Below, piece by piece: positions 17,607-26,636 of a stretch of 64,000 nt of DNA (position 1 is its first letter; every line of letters starts with the position of its first letter). The stretch covers positions 832,001 to 896,000 of the forward strand of contig CAVOXA010000010.1 in the NCBI GenBank assembly GCA_963700285.1, in the 5' to 3' direction. This stretch comes from an uncultured Chloroflexia bacterium (GTDB lineage Bacteria > Chloroflexota > Anaerolineae > JAAYZQ01). A program made the translations under genes and the position numbers. Below the pieces are notes generated by a model. The model did no database searches. It was not told the DNA's origin and was given only the letters and a program-made list of their open reading frames with translations.

Positions 17607-20170
17607 TTGTCAACAGACAATCTGCGCATCGGCGTGTTTGTGTGTGACTGCGGCTCCAACATCGCTGGCGCAGTGGACACCGAAGCCTGCCGCGCGTACG
17701 CCGAGACGCTGCCCAATGTGGTCGTGGCCGTAGGGAACAAGTATACCTGCGCCGATCCGGGGCAGCAGGAGATCCAGCGCACGATCTACGAACACAATCT
17801 CAATCGGGTGGTCGTTGCTTCCTGCTCGCCGACCTCGTACGAGCCGATCTTTCGCCAGTGCATCGAGGAGGCCGGGCTCAACCCCTATCTGTTGGAGATG
17901 GCCAACATCCGCGAGCACTGCTCGTGGGTGACCCCCGGCGACCGGCAGGCGGCCACGCGAAAGGCCCAAGACATGGTCAAGGTGGCCGTGGCCCGCTCCC
18001 GGTGGCTCTATCCCCAGGACGAGGAGCAGATCCCGGTCACTCACGCGGCGCTGGTCATCGGCGGTGGTGTGGCCGGCATGCAGGCGGCCCTTGACCTGGC
18101 CGACTCGGGTCACAGGGTCTACCTGGTGGAAAAAAAGCCCTCTATCGGCGGCATCATGGCCCAGCTCGACAAGGTCTATCCCGACATCGAGTGTAGTATA
18201 TGAATTCTCGGGCCAAAGATGATGGATGTCGGTCGACATCCCAAGATTGAACTGCTGGCTTACTCGGAAGTCGAGGATATTACGGGTTATGTGGGCAACT
18301 TTCAGGGCCCGTGTCCGCAAGAAAGCTCGCTACGTGGACGAGAACGAGTGTACGTCCTGTGGCGACTGCGCCACCGTGTGCCCGGTCGTCGTGCCTGACG
18401 AATTCCAGATGGGACTGGGCAGCCGGAAAGCAGTCTACATTCCCTTCCCCCAGGCCGTGCCATCGTCCTACGTTGTGGCCGCCGACGAATGCCTGGGCCA
18501 GAACCCCATCGCCTGTGGCAAGTGCATCGAGGCCTGTGAAAAGAACTGTATCGACTTTGACATGCAGGACGAGATCGTCGACCTCGAAGTGGGCACCATC
18601 GTCGTCGCCACCGGCATGGATGTCTACGACCCCACCGCCACTGGACGAATATGGCTATACCCGTTTTTCTAACGTCATCACCAGCATGGAATTCGAGCGG
18701 CTGGTCTCCACGGGTGGTCCGCTGGGCGGGCATTGGGGGCGGCCCGGGGATCTGCAGCCGCCCAGGCGGATCGGCTTTGTACAATGCGTCGGCTCGCGGA
18801 CACAGGATGCCGAACGAGGCAACTCGTACTGCTCCAATGTATGCTGCATGAACACGGTCAAACAGGCGCAGTACCTGAAGGATAACTATCCCGATATCGA
18901 CATCACGGTCTTTTACATGGACATGCGGGCCTTTGGCAAAGGTTTCGAAGAGCTTTTGATGCGCAGCAAGAGGAACGGCGTGCGCTATATCCGCGGCCTG
19001 CCGGGCGAGGTGCGCCAGAACCCTGACAGCGGCAACCTGTGGGTCACGGTGGAAAACACCACGGCCAACCGCCTGGAGGTCCACGAATTCGAGATGCTGG
19101 TGCTGGCCGTGGGCGCCACGCCGGCCACCGATACGGAAGCGATCCGCCAGCTGGTCAGCCTGTCGCGGGCGCCCAGCGGCTTTCTGAAGGAGGCCCATCC
19201 CAAACTGCGCCCGGTGGATACGCCTACCAAAGGGGTCTATATTGCCGGAGCCGCCGAAAGCCCCAAGGATGTGCGGGAAAGCGTCACCCAGGCCAGCGCC
19301 GCCGCCTCACGGGCCTCCATCCTGCTGAGCAAGAGCCAGTTTTCGGTGGAGGCCATCACCGCCGTGGTGGACGAGGAGCTGTGCAAGATGTGCGGCCAGT
19401 GTGTCGACGTCTGCCCCTTTGGGGCAATCACCTGGCAGAAGAAGCAGGTGGCTCATGTGACCAGTGCGGCCTGCGCCGGGTGCGGCACCTGTGCCGCGGA
19501 ATGCAAGTTCGCCGCCATCGAGATGCGCCACTTCTCCGACCAGGCCATCTATGCCCAGATCGATGCCATCCTGGAGGCGGACCCCCTGGGCAAGATCGTG
19601 ACCTTTGCCTGCAACTGGTGCTCCTACGCCGGGGCGGATACGGCCGGCGTGGCCCGTATGGCTTACCCGCCCAACGCCCGCATCATCCGCACCATGTGCT
19701 CCGGCCGGGTGAATCCCGAGTTCGTGTGGTACGCCTTCAAAAAGGGCGCCCCGGTGGTACTGGTCTCGGGCTGCCACTATGTCGACTGCCACTACCTCGA
19801 TGCCAACCGCAGTACGGTGCGGCGCCAGGATGGCCTCTGGGACGGCCTAGAGAAAGCCGGCCTGCGCCCCCAGCGACTGCAGCTCGAATGGTGCTCGGCG
19901 GCCGAGGGCGGCCGCTGGCAGACCATCATGCGCGAAGCGGAAAAGATGCGCCAGGGCGTGACGCCCGAGGAGGTGGAGCAGAGCCGAGAGGTGCTGGCCC
20001 AGGCCCGGGTGCCCAGCCCGCGCAACCCACGACCAACAGATATCGGCCAGCCCGCGGACTATGCCTGTATGCGCTGCGCCTACCAGTGGGCCGACGTCTT
20101 CCAGATTGCGGAGCGAACCTGCCCGCAGTGCCGCTCCAACAGCGTACGGTGGTTGAAGGCAAAAAGGTAG
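17607..20170 (+). CDS. hdrA: Selenocysteine-containing HdrA fused to MvhD and a C-terminal zinc ribbon (TGA 18201-18203 = Sec; two +1 frameshifts near 18300 and 18640)
   Basis: Three ORF pieces join into one HdrA of ~853 aa: IGVFVCDCG...NIREHCSW...GGGVAG...ECSI*ILGPKMM...CVGSR...YCSNVCC...HPKLRPV...FACNWCSYAG...CHY...CMRC..CPQC. Confidence 0.85.
18224..18241 (+). promoter_or_regulatory. Putative bacterial SECIS element of hdrA
   Basis: GGATGTC-GGTC-GACATCC hairpin; loop begins 27 nt after the TGA. Confidence 0.75.
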
Positions 20171-20242
20171 TTTTTCCGTCAGGCTGAATCCCAATCAAGT
20201 TTTTTGCAACTGCCATACTTGACCACAGAGAGGAGACAAGTC

Positions 20243-21115
20243 ATGAGCTTCTGGAAGCGTTTGCTGGCCGTGGTTGTGATGGTGCTCAGCGTGGCCCTGG
20301 TCATCCTGTGCATCGCCGGCATCGTGGGCAATTGGGTTCTGAGCAAGAGCATGACTGACGGCTTCGTCCGCGTCCTCACAAGCGCAGAAAGGGCCCTGGA
20401 GGTCAGCGACACCGCCCTCACGGGGCTCGATGCCAAGCTGGGCAATGCCCGGGACAGGATCACCGAGTTTGAAGGGAACGTCGAAACGGCTAGCGAAAAC
20501 TTTGTCGAGAATCCAGTCATCCTGATCGCGCTCTCCGAGCGGCTGGACCTGGGGATCGCCCCGGCCATCCAGGAGGTGCTCGACACGGTCCAAACGGTCC
20601 GCGAGAAGGTGATCGCTGTCCAAAACACCATCCAGGCCCTCAACGCCCTGCCCTTTGTCTCTATAGGCCAGAACCCGGAACAGGAAGGGAAACTACAGCG
20701 GCTGTCCGAGGGCGCCGCGGCCCTCAACGAGGGCATACAGGAAACCAGGAACGGGGTCAGAGAGGCAAAGGCGGCCGCTGCCGGCGAGATCATGTTCCGC
20801 ATCGGCAAGGGGACTGCCAGGTTGGATACCGGGCTGGAGAGCATTCAAACAGGGGTACAGGGTTTGCTGGTCCAGGTGTCAGCGACACGCGCCCAGGTAT
20901 CGCGGCTGCGCTCGCAACTGCCACTCTGGCTTGACCTGGCATCCATCGCCATCACCCTGATTCTGCTGTGGATCACCTTCTCCCAGGTGGTCGTCTTTGT
21001 CTTTGGCCTGTCGACCTACAGGAATGAGAATCTGTTTGCGCGTTGGTTTGGACCTTCGGCCCAAGTCCTATCGGAACAACCGCTGACAGAGGACGCTTTG
21101 GCCTCGGAAACGTAG
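20243..21115 (+). CDS. Membrane protein with two TM helices flanking a coiled-coil region
   Basis: AGGAG RBS; N- and C-terminal hydrophobic helices; heptad-rich middle. Confidence 0.75.
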   Translation: MSFWKRLLAVVVMVLSVALVILCIAGIVGNWVLSKSMTDGFVRVLTSAERALEVSDTALTGLDAKLGNARDRITEFEGNVETASENFVENPVILIALSERLDLGIAPAIQEVLDTVQTVREKVIAVQNTIQALNALPFVSIGQNPEQEGKLQRLSEGAAALNEGIQETRNGVREAKAAAAGEIMFRIGKGTARLDTGLESIQTGVQGLLVQVSATRAQVSRLRSQLPLWLDLASIAITLILLWITFSQVVVFVFGLSTYRNENLFARWFGPSAQVLSEQPLTEDALASET

Positions 21116-21208
21116 CACCGCTTGGTTGGCCGGCTGGTGCGCATCAGCCGTTCGTGTGTGAACCTGGAATCGCCTCTCTGAGGCAATGGAAGGCAAGGAG
21201 GGATCAAA

Positions 21209-21628
21209 ATGGAAAGACCAACCGGTATCACCATCATCGCCATCGCGTACTTTGTCCTGGGTTTTCTGTCGCTGCTGTGGAGCGGCCTCGTATTCGGGCT
21301 TGGCGGCATTGGAGCCCTGTTTAGCGGGCTCCTTGGCGCCGAAAACGTAGCGGCCGCCAGCACCGCGGGCGCCTGGTCGGGGTTCCTCGGCATCCTGGCC
21401 GCCATCGTTCAGTTTGCCGTCGCCATCGGGCTGCTGAAAATGAAAAAGTGGGCCTGGGTCCTGGCTTTGGTCGGCGTGGCGCTGACTGTCATCCAGGGCA
21501 TCGCCGGCCTGTTCAGCGGCGGGCCTTTCGCCTTTATGTGCGGATTGCTGGGCCTGCTTGTCCCGGTGCTCATCCTCGTCTACCTGCTGACCGGCAAGGT
21601 GCGGCGCGTTTTTGATGTAGGGGCCTGA
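21209..21628 (+). CDS. Small multi-pass membrane protein
   Basis: AAGGAGG RBS; RPTGITIIAI start, several hydrophobic helices, GLLKMKKWAW. Confidence 0.8.
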   Translation: MERPTGITIIAIAYFVLGFLSLLWSGLVFGLGGIGALFSGLLGAENVAAASTAGAWSGFLGILAAIVQFAVAIGLLKMKKWAWVLALVGVALTVIQGIAGLFSGGPFAFMCGLLGLLVPVLILVYLLTGKVRRVFDVGA

Positions 21629-21677
21629 CCCCGCCTGCGCCTCCGGCGCAGGTAGGAGTTCTCTGCCGGGGAAAAGC

Positions 21678-22094
21678 GTGGAAGATCTAGAGCTGGTGAA
21701 CCAGGTCAAGACCACCTACATCGGCGACCACCGGGTCCGCATTGCCGCCGCGGATCGCAGCTTTGAGGCCGATCAGCGCACGCACCTGGATCGAATGGGC
21801 GCGGGCTTTTGTCCGTTGGAGCTGGTTGCCGCCGCCCTCGGGGCCTGAATGGTGCTCACCATGGCGGCGGTCGCCGACAACAAAGGGATCAAGCCTACGC
21901 GGCTGGCGGCTTCGGTGGAGGGCCGCACCGAGTTTGTGGGCCGCCAGACCACGACCCGTTTCCTCAGCCGCCTGGAGTTGGGCGAGGGGTTGACCCCCCG
22001 CGAGCAGCGCATTCTGTACAACTCGGCCCGGACCTGTGAGGTCCACAAGATGCTGCGGGGTGAGGTCACCTTCGAGGAACAACTGGCAGACTAG
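21678..22094 (+). CDS. OsmC/Ohr-family selenoprotein (138 aa; TGA 21846-21848 = Sec57)
   Basis: GTG 21678 is in frame with ORF 21849: ...ADQRTHLDRMGAGFCPLELVAAALGA*MVLTM...ARTCEVHKML; the TGA sits at the catalytic Cys of the OsmC PxELxxAALGxC motif. Confidence 0.8.
21862..21879 (+). promoter_or_regulatory. Putative bacterial SECIS element of the OsmC-like gene
   Basis: TGGCGGC-GGTC-GCCGACA hairpin (one mismatch); loop begins 20 nt after the TGA. Confidence 0.65.
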
Positions 22095-22344
22095 GCTACC
22101 GAGACCTCGTCCAGGCCTTCCCGGCCAAGATCCACCGTCAGATCACGGTCAAGATCTTTTGGCTCCAGGCAGATCCCCGCCCCCGGGACAGCAAGCGCAT
22201 TGGCGTCGGCTATCGGGCAGATGCGGGGGAGTACCGGCTTTTTGTACCGTGGACGACGAGCAGGAGATGATCATCGTCGAGTTGGTCGGACCACGCAACG
22301 ATGAGGAGATCTACAAGCTGGCAGAGCAACTGGGGATGTTGTAA
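22095..22344 (+). pseudogene. RelE/ParE-family toxin remnant (no start codon, frameshift near 22245)
   Basis: PAKIHRQITVKIFWLQADPRPRDSKRIGVGYRADAGEYRLLY continues in another frame as TVDDEQEMIIVELVGPRNDEEIYK. Confidence 0.7.
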
Positions 22345-22402
22345 GGCTTGTTCTCTTTGATGTCAGATGGTGGGTGATGATGCGTGGACTGTGGTCCACG
22401 CG

Positions 22403-22444
22403 GAGCAGGAGCAGGCGAAGCAAGAGCAGGCGAAGCAGGAGCAG
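22403..22444 (+). repeat. Short intergenic tandem repeat, 15-bp unit
   Basis: GAGCAG GAGCAGGCGAAGCAA GAGCAGGCGAAGCAG GAGCAG. Confidence 0.7.
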
Positions 22445-22518
22445 AGCCAGAGGTTTGGCGAACGCTTGAACTGTGGTCTACGCAGAGCATAGAGTGGAAC
22501 GAGGGCAGGGCGCCGGAT

Positions 22519-24387
22519 GTGAATCTTAAGATCGAACTCCTGGCTCCGGCCAGGGACCTGGACAGCGGCAAGGCCGCCATCGATAGCGGCGCCGATGCCG
22601 TCTATATTGGCGCCGGGCGCTTTGGGGCGCGGGGCAGAGCCGGCAATTCGCTGGACGACATCGCCGCGCTGGCGGCCTATGCCCACACCTATTGGACGCG
22701 CGTGTATGTCACCGTGAATACCCTGCTGCACGACGACGAGCTGCCCGAAGCAGTGCAACTGCTCCACCAGCTCTATGACATTGGCGTGGACGCCGCCATT
22801 ATCCAGGACGTGGGCCTGCTGGAAAGCGATCTCCCGCCACTGGCCCTCATCGCCAGCACGCAGATGCACAACCATACCCCCGAGCGCCTGGCCTTCCTGG
22901 AGCAAATCGGGATCCGGCGCGCTATCCTGGCCCGAGAGTTGAGCCTGGCACAGATTCGGGCCATCCGCGACCGCACTTCTATCGAGCTGGAGGCCTTTGT
23001 CCACGGCGCGCTGTGCGTGAGCTACAGCGGCCAGTGCTACATGAGCTACGCGATCGGAGGGCGAAGTGGCAACCGCGGCGAGTGCGCCCAGCCGTGCCGG
23101 CGCAGGTACACGCTCGTTGACGGCGATGGCAGGGAGGTGGTGAGGAACCGCCACCTGCTCTCGCTTCGGGATCTCAACCTCTCCGGGCACCTGGACGACC
23201 TGCTCGATGCGGGTGTTACGTCCTTCAAGATCGAGGGACGGCTCAAGGACCAGGCCTACGTCACCAACGTGGTGAGCTGGTACCGCCGCGAACTGGACCG
23301 TGTGCTTGCGGCGCGGGGCGGTGGCTCCAGTTCCGGGGGCCCCAATCCCTGGGGGCGCAGCTCTTCAGGCCGCAGCAGCATCGACTTTGAGCCCGACCTG
23401 AGCAAAACCTTCAACCGAGGCTACACGACCCATTTCCTGCAGGGGCGGGGGGAGCCGGCCGGGGCCCCGGATTCTCCCAAGATGGTGGGCGAGTACCTGG
23501 GCACGGTATCCGCCGTGCGAGGGCCCCACTTTGTGCTGGAAACTACTATCCCGCTGCACAGCGGCGATGGCCTGTGCTGGTTTGACGACCAGCACACGCT
23601 GGGGGGAACGGTCGTCAATGCCGTACAATCCGTTGCACCTGATTCCCTGGCCGTGAGGGTCACCCCAGACAAGATCACGGGCATCCACGAGGGCTTGAAG
23701 GTCTATCGAAACCACGATCACACCTTTCTGCGGCAGATCGAGCGCAGCCGGCCGGTGCGCAAGATCGCGGTGCGCCTGCGCCTGGAGAACAAGCCGGAGG
23801 GCTTTGTCCTGTACGCCAGGGATGAGGACGGCAACGTCGCGGCCGCGATGCTCGCAGCGGAAGCAGTACCCGCGCACAAGCCCGAAAGAGCCGGGGCCGC
23901 GGCGCGCAAGCAACTGGGCAAGACCGGAGATACGCCCTTTGCCTGCACACATGTGGATCTGGCCTGGGATCGGCCCTATTTCCTACCGGTCGCTGCGCTC
24001 AACGCCTTGCGCCGCGAGACGCTGGAACGTCTGGTTGCAGCACGCGCCGCCAACCGGCCTCGGATGCGGGGCGAGATCCTGCGAAATGAGGCCCCCTATC
24101 CAGAGACCGCGCTGACCTACCGCGGCAATGCGCTGAACCAGCAGGCCGTGGCTTTCTACCGGCGCCACGGCGTGGAGGAGGTCGCACCGGCCGCCGAATC
24201 GGGGCTCATGATGGGCGGCAGGGTGGTCATGCGCACCCGTTACTGCATCCAGCACCAACTGGGGCTGTGCGACGGCGTGTCCAAAGCCGGCCGGCTGAAG
24301 GGACCGCTGTACCTCGTCGATGAGGACGGGCACCGCTACCGCTTGCGCTTTGACTGTGGGGTTTGCGAGATGGAGGTACTCTACTGA
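22519..24387 (+). CDS. U32 peptidase-family protein with DUF3656 (RlhA-like RNA hydroxylase)
   Basis: ELLAPA, GADAVYIG, FVHGALCVSYSGQC, SGNRGECAQPCR, SFKIEGRLK, FNRGYT. Confidence 0.9.
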   Translation: MNLKIELLAPARDLDSGKAAIDSGADAVYIGAGRFGARGRAGNSLDDIAALAAYAHTYWTRVYVTVNTLLHDDELPEAVQLLHQLYDIGVDAAIIQDVGLLESDLPPLALIASTQMHNHTPERLAFLEQIGIRRAILARELSLAQIRAIRDRTSIELEAFVHGALCVSYSGQCYMSYAIGGRSGNRGECAQPCRRRYTLVDGDGREVVRNRHLLSLRDLNLSGHLDDLLDAGVTSFKIEGRLKDQAYVTNVVSWYRRELDRVLAARGGGSSSGGPNPWGRSSSGRSSIDFEPDLSKTFNRGYTTHFLQGRGEPAGAPDSPKMVGEYLGTVSAVRGPHFVLETTIPLHSGDGLCWFDDQHTLGGTVVNAVQSVAPDSLAVRVTPDKITGIHEGLKVYRNHDHTFLRQIERSRPVRKIAVRLRLENKPEGFVLYARDEDGNVAAAMLAAEAVPAHKPERAGAAARKQLGKTGDTPFACTHVDLAWDRPYFLPVAALNALRRETLERLVAARAANRPRMRGEILRNEAPYPETALTYRGNALNQQAVAFYRRHGVEEVAPAAESGLMMGGRVVMRTRYCIQHQLGLCDGVSKAGRLKGPLYLVDEDGHRYRLRFDCGVCEMEVLY

Positions 24388-24546
24388 GTGGGCTGGAGTA
24401 CAAAGCCGCCCCAGGTAACGGGTGATTCTGAGTAGTCCATGGCTCGGGGCGCCACTCTACGCGGAAAAAACTCGGTTCTTGGAAGGCCATCATCCAGAGT
24501 GAAACGAAGGATCTCTACTGTGCATAGCCGATATTCCCTTCGGTGC

Positions 24547-24630
24547 TCCTTTGATGATTCAGGAAATGCTCAGGGCATGCTTGACCCCACTACACTTTGT
24601 TCAGAGCATGTCCTGAGGGCAGCTGAAGGA
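24547..24630. repeat. Inverted REP-like pair (xxTGTCCTGAG...GAAGGA family)
   Basis: GCTCAGGGCATGCT 24568-24581 is inverted relative to AGCATGTCCTGAG 24605-24617; lies between convergent genes. Confidence 0.55.
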
Positions 24631-24671
24631 TGACGTAATTCCAGTTTCTTGGTAGCTCCTCAAGGGCCGAA

Positions 24672-25592
24672 TCACTTGAGAAGCGCAGCCGTCCGTAGCT
24701 GCTCCAAAACTCGCTCCACCTTCGCGCCGTTTGAAGCCGAATACAAAAGATCGAGCCGGTCGTTTTCCGGCAAGTGCAGCGACGTGACCAGGAGCCCGTC
24801 CTTTTTCTCATCAAGCGAAACCGAGGCAATCTTTGCCAGGGGGACAAAGGTCCGGGTGGCTCCATACTTGGAGTCCTTGCTGGGGTTGTCTCTGATCAGA
24901 ATCACTTCTCGATCCGTGAGGATGCTCAGGTGCGCGGGCGAGATCGTCCTGGACAGAGGTCTACCAAACAGAGATAGCCATTGGGCCTGGATCTCGGGCT
25001 GCCAGAGAACCCCGGCAAGCCTCTCCCCGGGCTGAATGCTCCCCTTGCCCAGGTTCAGCAGCTTGAGGCTCAGGCCGGCAATTTCGCTGAGCTTGGCTCG
25101 TTCCGCATTCAGATCGGTACCCGCCGGCTGGAGCGTACTGCCCCTGACCTTGTTCAGTATCGGGCCAAAGAGATGTTCGGAAACAGTATTGAACTTGAGC
25201 GTGACGGTCAGAATGCCGTCGCTTGTGATGCCTCTGATGTTGAGCCAGGATTGCAGCAGGAAGGATCCTACATCCACGTAGTGAATGTCTCTGAGGCGGA
25301 AAGCGATTGGTTTGAGCTGGCTGCCCTTGTTTTGCAGGACGTAGAGGTTGCTGTCCTGGCAGCAGACCAGCTTTTCCTGCTCTTGTCTCAAAAAGCCCTC
25401 GTACTTGGGTGTCAGCACGGCGTAGGGGAACACCCCATCGCTGTGAGGTGATGCGTCAAAAAAGTTCTTGTAGAGGTCCGGTACCTCGTCGTACGATTCG
25501 ACCGCCTTGGCCCAAGATCGCATCGACTGCCGGGCTCCGGTCAGCCACCTTGGTTTCCCTGATCTTGAGATGCGCCTTGCGTCAGAATGCAT
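24672..25592 (-). CDS. Hypothetical protein
   Basis: Open 306-codon frame with globular composition; start inferred at ATG 25592. Confidence 0.7.
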   Translation of the reverse strand: MHSDARRISRSGKPRWLTGARQSMRSWAKAVESYDEVPDLYKNFFDASPHSDGVFPYAVLTPKYEGFLRQEQEKLVCCQDSNLYVLQNKGSQLKPIAFRLRDIHYVDVGSFLLQSWLNIRGITSDGILTVTLKFNTVSEHLFGPILNKVRGSTLQPAGTDLNAERAKLSEIAGLSLKLLNLGKGSIQPGERLAGVLWQPEIQAQWLSLFGRPLSRTISPAHLSILTDREVILIRDNPSKDSKYGATRTFVPLAKIASVSLDEKKDGLLVTSLHLPENDRLDLLYSASNGAKVERVLEQLRTAALLK

Positions 25593-25746
25593 ACCTGGCT
25601 CTCCCATCGCTGAACACAGCGAGGGGCATGATACCATTGTTCAAGGGGCAGCACAAGCCGGATCCTCCGCTTTGCGACCCTTACTCCCCTCGAGGAGCAA
25701 TTGCGCCCAGATGCGAGCGCCCTCAGGTGCGAGCGGACGGGGTCAC

Positions 25747-26313
25747 CTATGCGGCTGCTCGTTTCATGGATATTCCATTCCTCTCGAAATCGACCGGCAG
25801 CCTGACCTCGAAACAGATCGCTCCCGGCTGGGATCGGACGTTGATCTCACCGTGGTGTTTCTGTACGACGAGGTTGTGGCTGATGTTCAGCTCCAGCCCG
25901 GTGCCTTCGCCTGGCGCCTTGGTGATAAAAAGGGGGTCAAAGATCTGGGGCAGAACGTCCTCTGGGATCCCGGGGCCCGTATCGTGGATCTCTACCACCA
26001 CTCAGGCGTCCCGCTGGTAGGTCTTCAGGACAAGTTCACCCTGGCCCTCCATAGCGCTGGCCGCGTTATCGATGATGTTGGTCCAAACCTGGTCCAACTT
26101 GCTGCCGTAGGCCTGGATGCGAGGCAGGTCCGGGGCATAGTCGCGCCGCACGTCAACGCCGCCCTTGAGTCTTTTGCGCAGCATGACCAACGTGTTATCC
26201 AGACCCTCGTGGACGTCAACGTTCTGTACCGACGCCTGGTCCAGGTAGGTATAGGATTTCAGCGCCCTGACAATTTCGACAATCCGGCCTGCCCCGTGTC
26301 CGATCTCTTCCAA
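25747..26313 (-). pseudogene. Histidine kinase C-terminal (HATPase) remnant with internal TGA at 26002-26004
   Basis: LKSYTYLDQA, LDQVWTNIIDNA, then RDA*VVVEIHDTGPGIP...IFDP...GTGL in the same frame; N-terminus replaced by an IS remnant. Confidence 0.85.
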
Positions 26314-26329
26314 ACTTCGCTGTCTCTTT

Positions 26330-26580
26330 CGTCAGAAGGGGAAAAAGAGGGCTTCCGCCCACGACCCGGTCTCACCTTCAGCCCTGGCGATCCTTCCGCC
26401 AAGTAGCGGTCGATCCAGTCTTTGACCGCCTCTGGCTCGTAAGGCCGCAGCAGGCCGTGCATTGCAGCCTGGCATATCGACTCGCTGGCAGTCACCTTTA
26501 GGATCGCGACTGCGCGTGTGCACACGTACGGTTTGGGACGATGATCGCGCGCCGTTTCAAGTTCTTTCTTCTGGCATGAC
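26330..26580 (-). mobile_element. IS630-family transposase N-terminal (HTH) fragment
   Basis: RAVAILKV...EAVKDWIDRYLAEGSPGLKVRPGRGRKPSFSP; abuts the truncated kinase; boundaries approximate. Confidence 0.65.
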
Positions 26581-26636
26581 TTGGATGCAATTCGTAGTGT
26601 GGCGGCAGTGCTCAGAATGACAGTGTGGTAGCAGTG

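Noticed and set aside
18300-18640. Programmed ribosomal frameshifting in hdrA
   Set aside because: No slippery heptamer or stimulator is evident, and similar single insertions occur in unrelated genes
26002-26004. In-frame TGA in the histidine kinase remnant as a Sec codon
   Set aside because: The position fits Trp (TGG to TGA) rather than a Cys site, no GGUC hairpin follows, and the gene is truncated and otherwise degenerate
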